Origin: Candidatus Saccharicenans sp. | Lineage (GTDB): Bacteria; Acidobacteriota; Aminicenantia; Aminicenantales; Saccharicenantaceae | Length of the DNA stretch: 64,000 nt | Reading direction: 5' to 3' | Assembly (NCBI GenBank): GCA_017992175.1 | Contig: JAGOPD010000002.1 | Location: 46,149-110,148 of the forward strand | Shown here: positions 44,383 to 52,363 of the stretch, piece after piece | How positions within the stretch are numbered: position 1 is the stretch's first letter | Layout of the letters: every line of letters starts with the position of its first letter | The notes under the pieces: model-generated | The model's input: only the letters and a program-made list of their open reading frames with translations | Told to the model about the DNA's origin: nothing | Database searches by the model: none | Program-made: the position numbers and the translations under genes

Positions 44383-45603
44383 TTAACTGGCTACGGCTGA
44401 ATTTTCAACCGTTTTTTTCTCCCGGAAAGTAAAAACAAAAGCAATGGCACAGACAATGGTAATGATGGTTGGAATCAGGAAAACATTTCCCCAGTTGGTA
44501 CCGGCCGGAGTGGTAAAAACCTTCTCGATCCAGCCAGAAAATAAACTGCCTACGAAATTGCCCAGACCGAGAATAATGACCGAGATCAGGCTCTGGGCCG
44601 AAGCTCTGATATCTTTGGGGGCAATCATATCAACATAAATGAATGAAGCGGTAAAAAAGAAAACATAACAAAAGCCGTGAAGAGCCAGGGAAGCGATCAC
44701 CAGCCAGGCCGGATGCCCGATCATAAAAATAATATAGCGGATAGGCCAGGCCAGCACGCCAATAACCATAGTCCTCTTTATGCCATATTTGGGCAGAAAA
44801 TAAGGCAGCAGCAGGCCCATGACAAATATCTCGGCAAACTGAGCTATGGTCATCACCAGAGGCGTCTGGGCTTCGGTCAGCCTGATGACGGGAGAAGTCA
44901 AAAAAGGAGCAGTCAGCACATAATAAAACTGAAGCTCAGTCGCTACGATGAAGGCAATGACGGAAAATATTAAGAAATCGCGCTGCTTCAGCATTTTCAA
45001 AGCTTCCATAAAGGCATAGGGATGGCTGGCCTCTTTTTTGGGCGGAGTATGAGGCAGGGAAAAAGCCTGTATCCCCATAATGATGGAAAAGATACCAGCC
45101 AGAAATAAAGTGTCGCCCTTTAAAGCCAAACCAGGGGCTTTTTCTCCCAGCAGTCTCCAGCCGGTTAGTCCCCAGCCGGCCGCAATCCAGCCAATTGTTC
45201 CCCAGACCCTGATTTTGCCAAAGTCTTTTTCAGAGTCCTTCAAATGGGCGAAAGCGATGGAGTTGGTCAGGGCCAGAGTGGGGGCAAAAATCAGGCAATA
45301 AACAAGCATTAGCCAGGCTAAAGACTGAAAGGAAGTCAGCCTGGCTCCGAGCAGCAGGATGACTCCGCCTGAGATCTGCAGCCAGGCAATAACTTTTTCA
45401 GTCGGAAAATAGCGGTCAGCCAGCTGCCCGCCAATAAAAGGAGCGACAATTGTAGCCAGGGGTAGAAGGCTATAAATCAGTCCGACCTGAGTTCCAGAAA
45501 AATGCAGGGTGTTGATAAGATAAGAAGAAAGGACAGGAGCCCACGAGCCCCAGATAGCATATTCCAGAAACATCATCGCGCTTAAACTAGTCTTAACTGA
45601 CAT
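44383..45603 (-). CDS. MFS transporter, nucleoside:H+ symporter (NHS)-like
   Basis: MMFLEYAIWGSWAPVLSSYL resembles the NupG/XapB-family N-terminus. 12 TM segments. AAGGAGAAG RBS is present. Confidence 0.7.
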   Translation of the reverse strand: MSVKTSLSAMMFLEYAIWGSWAPVLSSYLINTLHFSGTQVGLIYSLLPLATIVAPFIGGQLADRYFPTEKVIAWLQISGGVILLLGARLTSFQSLAWLMLVYCLIFAPTLALTNSIAFAHLKDSEKDFGKIRVWGTIGWIAAGWGLTGWRLLGEKAPGLALKGDTLFLAGIFSIIMGIQAFSLPHTPPKKEASHPYAFMEALKMLKQRDFLIFSVIAFIVATELQFYYVLTAPFLTSPVIRLTEAQTPLVMTIAQFAEIFVMGLLLPYFLPKYGIKRTMVIGVLAWPIRYIIFMIGHPAWLVIASLALHGFCYVFFFTASFIYVDMIAPKDIRASAQSLISVIILGLGNFVGSLFSGWIEKVFTTPAGTNWGNVFLIPTIITIVCAIAFVFTFREKKTVENSAVAS

Positions 45604-45636
45604 CTGGCTTCTCCTTTCCGGATAGGATTAGAAAGC

Positions 45637-45665
45637 AGAATATTTTTTTTAAAGTTTTTTGTCAA
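45637..45665 (-). promoter_or_regulatory. Sigma-70-like promoter of the MFS-oxidoreductase-TIM/DUF1080 operon
   Basis: On the minus strand, TTGACA (45665-45660), a 17-nt spacer, then TATTCT (45642-45637). Confidence 0.4.
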
Positions 45666-45849
45666 ATATCTCTGGTTATTTACTTCCGGTCTCACCGGAT
45701 TACCGGCCGGATCGGGAATCAGGCTGTCTCGCCCGGCTAAGGCTTGAAAATGAGGGTTAAGAAAGCCAGGCAGGAAATTCTGGAGAAAAAAGAAAATATT
45801 TGCTATTTTTTTAGGTCTGTGTTATTCATAAGCCAAACGGAGGAGCCAG

Positions 45850-46212
45850 GTGCTAATTTCAGCCATGGAGAAAAGAAGGGAAAAAAGGCTAGATGAAGAG
45901 AATAAGGTCGTTCTGCATGTTTTAGCGGAGGACGGCCAGGAGAAGCAGTCATTCTATTCATTTTCGCGTGACCTGTCGGTCGGCGGACTGCGAATTATGA
46001 CCGATTCTCCTTTGCCAGTCAAAACCAGGCTAAAAATAGAAATTGCTATTTCAGAATCAAAGAAAGTAATTGCCGGTTTAGCTGAAGTCCGCTGGGTGAA
46101 AAGCCTGTTTGAAGATGAAGTTTATGAAATGGGGCTGGAATTTATTGAGCTTGATCCGCCAAGCAAAGTTTTCCTTCTCGAGCATATTTATAAGAGGACA
46201 ATTGCTCGCTGA
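45850..46212 (+). CDS. PilZ-domain protein (putative c-di-GMP receptor)
   Basis: RREKR matches the RxxxR motif and DLSVGG matches (D/N)xSxxG. GTG start lies 6 nt after GGAGG. ATG at 45865 is an alternative start. Confidence 0.75.
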   Translation: MLISAMEKRREKRLDEENKVVLHVLAEDGQEKQSFYSFSRDLSVGGLRIMTDSPLPVKTRLKIEIAISESKKVIAGLAEVRWVKSLFEDEVYEMGLEFIELDPPSKVFLLEHIYKRTIAR

Positions 46213-46329
46213 GCCTTCTTGCCGGCGGCCAGGTTTTACAGCTAATAAAACCAGGCTAGTTCTCTTCAGGCTTTAATTCAAACCAAGGGATCAACAGTAA
46301 AAAGCATAGCCTTCAGGAGGGATAACTGG

Positions 46330-48192
46330 ATGAAAATTGAGAAGCGGCTTTTAAATCAGTTGACCGCCCGGGTTTTGTTTTTCCTGATAATTATTTCCTT
46401 CACTCTGCCCTCAGCGGCCAGAGAAAAAGATTTTTACTTTCCAGAGCTTAGAGCTGATCTCTATGTTCAAAAAGATGGCACTTTTCTGGTGGAGGAGTAT
46501 CTGACTTTCGAATTTCAGGGAGATTTTTCCTGGGCCTCGCTCTGGATTCCCTTAGCGGCCAGAAAAAATGGAGGCAACTCCAAGAATATTGAGGTGATTG
46601 ATTTCCGGGTTGCTGATGAACAAGGCCAGCTTTTAGCGGTTGAAACGGCCATTAACGGGGAAAGATTTGAAGCCCGCTGGCGTTTCCGGGCTTCTGATGA
46701 GCGCCGGACATTTCATCTGTCTTACCGGGTGAGGGGAGCTATCCTGGATTATACCGATATTTCAGAGCTTTTCTGGCAAATTATTGGCAGTGAGGTTGAC
46801 CGGCCGAAAGCCAGAGCAGAAATTCTGGTTCATCTGCCGGAGGGAATTAATAACCGCGGCGATCTGCTGGTCTACGGGCATGGTCCGCTGTCCGGGCAAT
46901 CAGAAATAATAGACTTGCAAACAGTTAAATTCCAGGCAGAAGCTGTCCCGGCTCATCAATTACTGGAAATCAGAGTAGTCTGGCCGGCTGGCCTGGTTTC
47001 CGGGGTGTCGGCCACCGGTTATAGCCGGGAAAAGATAATAAAAGAAGAAGAGCGGCTGGTCATCGACACTATCAATAGAGCCAAACAGGCCAGAGAAGCG
47101 GCTCAGAGGCAAAAGCAGATTTTTCGCCGCTTAGGACTGGCCTGGGCTGGCTGGCAAATACTGGGACCGCTTATCTGGCTTCTTTTTTATTTTTATTTCT
47201 GGAAAAAAGTTGGTGAAGACTATCGCTTCGATGATATTCCTGAATATTACCGGGAAATTCCATCAAATCTGCCGCCAGCTCTGGTCCAGGTGCTGAGAAA
47301 ACAGGGTGGTAAGCCTGATCCGGTGGCTTTAACCGCTACCATCTTTGATCTGGCCAGGCGTGGATATCTGGAAATTATTGATGAAAAAATAGAAAAAAAA
47401 GGACTCTTCGGCCATAAAGTCAAAGATCAGACCGTCTTCATTCTGAAGAAAACCTATGAAGGTGAGGCTGATCTAGAACCTTTTGAACATCAAGTGCTTG
47501 ATTTAATGTTTGACAGAGCAGGCAGCAATAGTCTTAAGGAAGGAGCCAGGTTGAGTCTGGAAGAGTTCACTGGTTTTCTTAAGAAATCTCCGGCCGAATT
47601 TCAGCGATGGTTTCAAAGCTGGTCTAAAAGTCTGGCCGCCGAAGGTAAGGAACGGGGATTCATTGAACCGGCCAGCCAGCGAGCCTCTCAGCTTTTTTTA
47701 TTAATCTCTTTGCCTCTGGCTTTCATCACTATTTCTCCAGTGTTAATCGTTCTGGTCCTGCTTCTTTCGCCAACTCTCCGGCGCCGCCGGCCAGACTGGG
47801 CCAGGGAGAATGAGCTCTGGGCCGCTCTGGAAAGATTTTTAAAAGACTTTTCCGATTTTAAGGAGATTCCGGCTGAAGCCTATAAGCTCTGGGACCAGTA
47901 TCTGGTTTTCGGCCTTCTGTTTGGCCAGGCCAAAAGGCTGGTCAAAATGATCCCTCAAATTCTGGCTGATGACCGGGCAGTCCGTCCCGGCTGGCTGGGA
48001 GGGATGATGGCGCTGTCGGCTTCCAGTCAAAATATCAGTTCAATTTCAGCGGTGATTAATTCGATTGAAAGAACAGCGACAGCCATTAACCAGGCCAGCC
48101 TGTCTGCGGCCCACTATTCTTCAGGCGGGGGAGGCGGTTTCAGCGGTGGGGGAGGTGGAGGTGGCGGCGGCGGGGGGGTCTCAGCCGGCTAA
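46330..48192 (+). CDS. DUF2207-type membrane protein with Gly-rich C-terminal tail
   Basis: A signal peptide, an extracytoplasmic N-domain, TM helices, and a C-terminus SSGGGGGFSGGGGGGGGGGGVSAG typical of DUF2207. Confidence 0.7.
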   Translation: MKIEKRLLNQLTARVLFFLIIISFTLPSAAREKDFYFPELRADLYVQKDGTFLVEEYLTFEFQGDFSWASLWIPLAARKNGGNSKNIEVIDFRVADEQGQLLAVETAINGERFEARWRFRASDERRTFHLSYRVRGAILDYTDISELFWQIIGSEVDRPKARAEILVHLPEGINNRGDLLVYGHGPLSGQSEIIDLQTVKFQAEAVPAHQLLEIRVVWPAGLVSGVSATGYSREKIIKEEERLVIDTINRAKQAREAAQRQKQIFRRLGLAWAGWQILGPLIWLLFYFYFWKKVGEDYRFDDIPEYYREIPSNLPPALVQVLRKQGGKPDPVALTATIFDLARRGYLEIIDEKIEKKGLFGHKVKDQTVFILKKTYEGEADLEPFEHQVLDLMFDRAGSNSLKEGARLSLEEFTGFLKKSPAEFQRWFQSWSKSLAAEGKERGFIEPASQRASQLFLLISLPLAFITISPVLIVLVLLLSPTLRRRRPDWARENELWAALERFLKDFSDFKEIPAEAYKLWDQYLVFGLLFGQAKRLVKMIPQILADDRAVRPGWLGGMMALSASSQNISSISAVINSIERTATAINQASLSAAHYSSGGGGGFSGGGGGGGGGGGVSAG

Positions 48193-48238
48193 GGTAATTA
48201 GTTTATGAGAAAATAACAGGAAAATAAGAGGAGAAAAA

Positions 48239-48517
48239 ATGGAAGAAAAAAAGACCAGAACTGAGGAATTCAAGGTTTCAGGGTCCGAAATCCTGGAAAA
48301 AATTAAAGAAATTATAAAACAGGGCAATGCTCATCGAATTATCTTTAAGACAGAAGAGGGACGGACTTTTATGGAAATTCCCTTGACGGTTGGTCTGGCC
48401 GGGACTCTGATTGCTCCCCTCTGGGCAGCCATAGGCGCGATAGCAGCTTTAGCCTCTAATTTGACTATTGTCGTCGAGAGAGAAGAGAAAAAAGAAAAGG
48501 AAGATGATAAGGGCTAA
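48239..48517 (+). CDS. DUF4342-like small protein
   Basis: EEFKVSGSEILEKIKEIIKQGNAHRIIFKTEEGRTFMEIPLTVG matches my memory of DUF4342. Confidence 0.55.
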   Translation: MEEKKTRTEEFKVSGSEILEKIKEIIKQGNAHRIIFKTEEGRTFMEIPLTVGLAGTLIAPLWAAIGAIAALASNLTIVVEREEKKEKEDDKG

Positions 48518-48694
48518 AAAAATTTGTCTTCCAGCTGATTTAATCAGTGATGTTTATAGCCCGGCCGAGGTCATAGATTTCCTAACAGGCCTTAAGGTTT
48601 TGATTATCAGTTGAAAAAAGTTGTTGGCTAAAAATCAGGGATAACTTAAAATTGAGATATCTCAGAACCTGGCTGAGCCACGAAGGAGGCAAGA

Positions 48695-48904
48695 ATGAAA
48701 AAAAACATGGGTGCGGCTGACAGAACCATCCGGACAATTCTGGGCATTATTCTGGCTATCCTGGTCTTGACCGGAGTGGTAAAGGGGATACTGGCTTATA
48801 TTCTGGTGGTTTTAATTGCCATTTTGCTTATTACCAGCCTGCTTGGTTTTTGTCCACTGTATGTTCCGCTCGGTATTTCTACCAATAAGCGGCCAAAAGC
48901 CTGA
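48695..48904 (+). CDS. DUF2892 (YgaP-like) small membrane protein
   Basis: A 69-aa protein with the pattern ADRTIRTILGIILAI...GFCPLY. AAGGAGG RBS is present. Confidence 0.65.
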   Translation: MKKNMGAADRTIRTILGIILAILVLTGVVKGILAYILVVLIAILLITSLLGFCPLYVPLGISTNKRPKA

Positions 48905-49081
48905 GAGCAGGGTTTTAAAGACGGTCAGATTGGGAAACCGGTTATTGCTTTAGTTACCAGAAGAGATTGGCCGGCAGTAATAGAGGAGCTAACCGGTCGC
49001 CCTACCCGTCGTCTAACAGAAATCGGTAAAAAATGTGCGAAGGGCTAGTTAAATAGATAGGCCTGAAAAAGGAGATGACTG

Positions 49082-51190
49082 ATGCTTTTAAAATTTAAGG
49101 AAAATACGAGTTCGGGCTGGTTTGACCCACTGCAATTTAAAGTGAATTTTAAAGTTTTGGTAATTTTTCTAATCATTTTCGGTTTTAGCCTGTCAACCAG
49201 CCTGGCCGGGGATCAACCTGAAACCTCCAGTCTTAATCTTATGCCTTATCCGGCTAAAGTTGAGTTAGCTCCTGGTCAATTTCGCCTGAACGAGAAATTT
49301 TCAGCAGGAGGAGAAGTCAAACCAGGCCACCGGGTTTTTAAAGCGGCTTCACGTTTTATGTCAAGATTAAGCGGACGGACAGGACTCTTCTTTGAACAGG
49401 ATTATTTAGCTGACCAGACAGCCACTGACCGGACAGGATTGGTCTATCATTTTGATCAACCCGGCCGGCTCATCCCGGGTGAAGATGAATCATATCAGTT
49501 AAAAATCAGTTCGGAAAAAATTAAATTGACAGCCAGAACTGATCTGGGCCTGTTGCGCGGCTTTGAGACTTTGCTGCAGCTTCTGTCAGCTGACAAAGAT
49601 GGATATTTTTTCCCCTGTCTGCAGATAGAAGACAGCCCCCGGTTTAGCTGGCGGGGATTGTTAATTGATTGCAGCCGGCATTTTATGCCGGTTGAGGTAA
49701 TTAAAAGAAACTTGCTGGCCATGTCGGCTGTCAAACTTAATGTTCTGCACTGGCATCTGTCTGATGACCAGGGCTTCAGGGTGGAAAGCCTGGTTTTTCC
49801 CAGGTTACAGCAGCTTGGTTCAGATGGGCAGTATTTCCGGCAATCAGAAATTAAAGACATAATTCAACTGGCCTCTGACTTAGGCATCAGAGTTGTTCCC
49901 GAGTTTGATCTGCCCGGTCATTCGACCAGCTGGCTGGTTGGTTATCCGGAATATGGTAGTGCTCCGGGCCCTTATCAAATTGAAAGAAAATTTGGAGTCA
50001 GCTCTCCTGTTTTTAATCCGACCATTGAGAAGACTTATAAGTTTCTTGATAATTTTTTAAAAGAAATGACCGCTCTCTTTCCTGATCCATATTTTCACAT
50101 CGGAGGAGATGAAGTAGATCCTAAACAGTGGAAAGAAAATCCTGATATTCAGGGATTTATGAAAAAAAATAACATCCCGGATGAGGCCGGCCTTCAGGCT
50201 TATTTTAACCGGCGGCTGCTTAAGATTCTGACTAAATACCACAAAAGAATGGTTGGCTGGGATGAAATTTATCAGCCCGGCTTGCCCAAAGATATTGTTA
50301 TCCAATCGTGGCGAGGCCAGCAGGCCCTGGTCGAAGCGGCTAAGAACGGTTATCAGGGGCTTCTGTCCAATGGCTATTATATTGACCTGGTCGAAAGCGC
50401 AGAAAGACATTATCTTAACGATCCTATTCCGGTTGATTCGCCTCTGACGCCGGAAGAAAAAAGAATGATTCTGGGCGGAGAAGCTACTATGTGGGCCGAG
50501 GTGGCTACGCCTGAAACCATAGATTCAAGGATCTGGCCCCGGACAGCGGCTATTGCCGAAAGATTCTGGTCGCCCCAGGAAATCAGGGACGTTGACGACA
50601 TGTATAAACGTTTAACGATAATAAGCCTCGGGCTGGAAGAAAATGGAGTCCAGCATCTTAAGAATCAGCCGATGATGCTTCGTCGTCTGGCCAGATCCTA
50701 TGAGATCGGTTGTCTGGAAGTGCTGGCTAAGATTTCTGAACCGGTCAAAGGTTATGCCCGGCACAGTCAGGGTAAAGCTTATAGCTCTCTGTCTCCCTTA
50801 ACCAGGTTTGTTGACACCTGTTATCCTGAGTCGTTTGAAGCCAGGAATTTCAAGGAACTCGCCGGAAGATTCGTCGCCAGCCGTGATTCAAGACAAGCCG
50901 AGGAGCTTAAAAGCTGGCTCCAGCTCTGGGTGGAAAATCATCAGAAAATAATTGATCTGGCCGAGACCTCACCGGCTCTTAAAGAAATAATCCCCTTATC
51001 TGAGTCACTCAAGGATGTTTCCTTAACCGGGCTGGAAGCGGTCAATCTGATTATAGCCGGCCAAGCGGCTGATTCCGCCTGGCTTCAGACAAAATTTCAG
51101 TTATTAGAAGAAGCCAGGAAGCCGGTAGCCGAGTGCCTGCTGGTTATCTTACCGGGAGTCAAACTTATACTCGATAGCCTGAAAAAATAA
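49082..51190 (+). CDS. GH20 beta-N-acetylhexosaminidase, exported or anchored
   Basis: LHWHLSDDQGFR and HIGGDEV (the catalytic D-E pair), plus an N-terminal hydrophobic leader. Confidence 0.88.
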   Translation: MLLKFKENTSSGWFDPLQFKVNFKVLVIFLIIFGFSLSTSLAGDQPETSSLNLMPYPAKVELAPGQFRLNEKFSAGGEVKPGHRVFKAASRFMSRLSGRTGLFFEQDYLADQTATDRTGLVYHFDQPGRLIPGEDESYQLKISSEKIKLTARTDLGLLRGFETLLQLLSADKDGYFFPCLQIEDSPRFSWRGLLIDCSRHFMPVEVIKRNLLAMSAVKLNVLHWHLSDDQGFRVESLVFPRLQQLGSDGQYFRQSEIKDIIQLASDLGIRVVPEFDLPGHSTSWLVGYPEYGSAPGPYQIERKFGVSSPVFNPTIEKTYKFLDNFLKEMTALFPDPYFHIGGDEVDPKQWKENPDIQGFMKKNNIPDEAGLQAYFNRRLLKILTKYHKRMVGWDEIYQPGLPKDIVIQSWRGQQALVEAAKNGYQGLLSNGYYIDLVESAERHYLNDPIPVDSPLTPEEKRMILGGEATMWAEVATPETIDSRIWPRTAAIAERFWSPQEIRDVDDMYKRLTIISLGLEENGVQHLKNQPMMLRRLARSYEIGCLEVLAKISEPVKGYARHSQGKAYSSLSPLTRFVDTCYPESFEARNFKELAGRFVASRDSRQAEELKSWLQLWVENHQKIIDLAETSPALKEIIPLSESLKDVSLTGLEAVNLIIAGQAADSAWLQTKFQLLEEARKPVAECLLVILPGVKLILDSLKK

Positions 51191-51202
51191 GCCCGCTGGC
51201 TG

Positions 51203-52363
51203 CTATTTTAATTTTTCTTCGCTGACAAACTGGCGATATGGGGAAAGATAAGAAAGAATTTCCTCATCAGCCGGTTCGGTCTTTCCCGAGACGATTCTGG
51301 TTAAAAGCTCAGCTACTCCCGGTCCAAGCATAAAACCCTGGCCACACATGCCGGCCGCCTGCAAAAAACCATCTACCTCTTTTGACCAGCCAACAATGGG
51401 GAAGCCGTCAGGAGTCATAGGATATAGTCCGCGCCAGGTTCGCCTCACCCTGATATTTTTCAGCCTGGGCATAAGATCAATCATCCTTTTAGAAACCATA
51501 GGAAGGAATTGACTGGTCTCTCTGACATCAAATCCCCACCGGCTGGGGCTGGGAGTAATGCAAAAGATAATTTGCCCGGTGGCATGCTGATAAAAATAAT
51601 AATTAGCCGAGCCCTGAACCGGGCGAAGATCAACAATCATCGGCTGAAAAAATCTCTGGACAGGTTCGGTTACGGCTGCTTCGTGGGAGTCAGGGGTGAC
51701 AGGAATATCGATTCCCGCCATTTTGGCTACCCCGGCTGCCCAGGCTCCGGCGGCATTGATAACGACCTGGGCGCCATAGTTACCCCGGTCAGTAATCACC
51801 CCCTTAATTTTTCCGCCTTCAATTTTGAGACCGGTAACAGTCTCCTTAAATTTGAAATCAGCTCCTGCTCTTCTGGCCTGACGGTAAAAAGCTTCATTGA
51901 CCAGCAAAGGTGAAGCCTGGCCATCATCTGGAGATAGGGTGCCGCCCCTCAGGTCCTGCGGATTAAGGTCAGGTAACAGTCGCCTTAATTCCTCAGCCTC
52001 CAGCCAGTCAGTGTTTAGTCCCAGGCTTTTCTGAAGAGGCAGAACTTCTTTCAGAGTCTTTTCTTCTTCTTCCCGGTAAGCGACAAAACAGTAGCCGCCT
52101 TTATACCATTCTAGATCATCGCCATATTTTTCTTGCCAGCCGGAAATAATATCCAGACTTCTCAGGCCAAGACGAATCTTGGCCGGGTCGGAATGAGTGG
52201 CCCGGAGGCCGCCAATGGCTCTTTTATTTGAACTCTGGCCGGTACTTGGATTTGGATCAATAACCAGAACTTTAAAGCCGGCTTGAGCCAAAAACATGGC
52301 GGCCGGAGTGCCAACACTGCCAGCCCCGGCGATGATTACCTCATAGTCGTTATTTCCGCTCAT
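51203..52363 (-). CDS. FAD-dependent oxidoreductase (DAO family; sarcosine oxidase beta / proline dehydrogenase beta / opine oxidase B-like)
   Basis: YEVIIAGAGSVGTPAAMFLAQAG is a GxGxxG motif. I moved the start to ATG at 52363 (MSGNNDYEV). That start overlaps the upstream gene by 14 nt, whereas the track's longer ORF overlaps it by 176 nt. Confidence 0.8.
   Translation of the reverse strand: MSGNNDYEVIIAGAGSVGTPAAMFLAQAGFKVLVIDPNPSTGQSSNKRAIGGLRATHSDPAKIRLGLRSLDIISGWQEKYGDDLEWYKGGYCFVAYREEEEKTLKEVLPLQKSLGLNTDWLEAEELRRLLPDLNPQDLRGGTLSPDDGQASPLLVNEAFYRQARRAGADFKFKETVTGLKIEGGKIKGVITDRGNYGAQVVINAAGAWAAGVAKMAGIDIPVTPDSHEAAVTEPVQRFFQPMIVDLRPVQGSANYYFYQHATGQIIFCITPSPSRWGFDVRETSQFLPMVSKRMIDLMPRLKNIRVRRTWRGLYPMTPDGFPIVGWSKEVDGFLQAAGMCGQGFMLGPGVAELLTRIVSGKTEPADEEILSYLSPYRQFVSEEKLK

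Noticed and set aside
48120-48185. A G-rich tract (GGCGGGGGAGGCGG...GGTGGCGGCGGCGGGGGGG) could be a simple repeat or a G-quadruplex element.
   Set aside because: It is in frame and encodes the poly-Gly C-terminal tail characteristic of DUF2207-type proteins. No independent function needs to be invoked.
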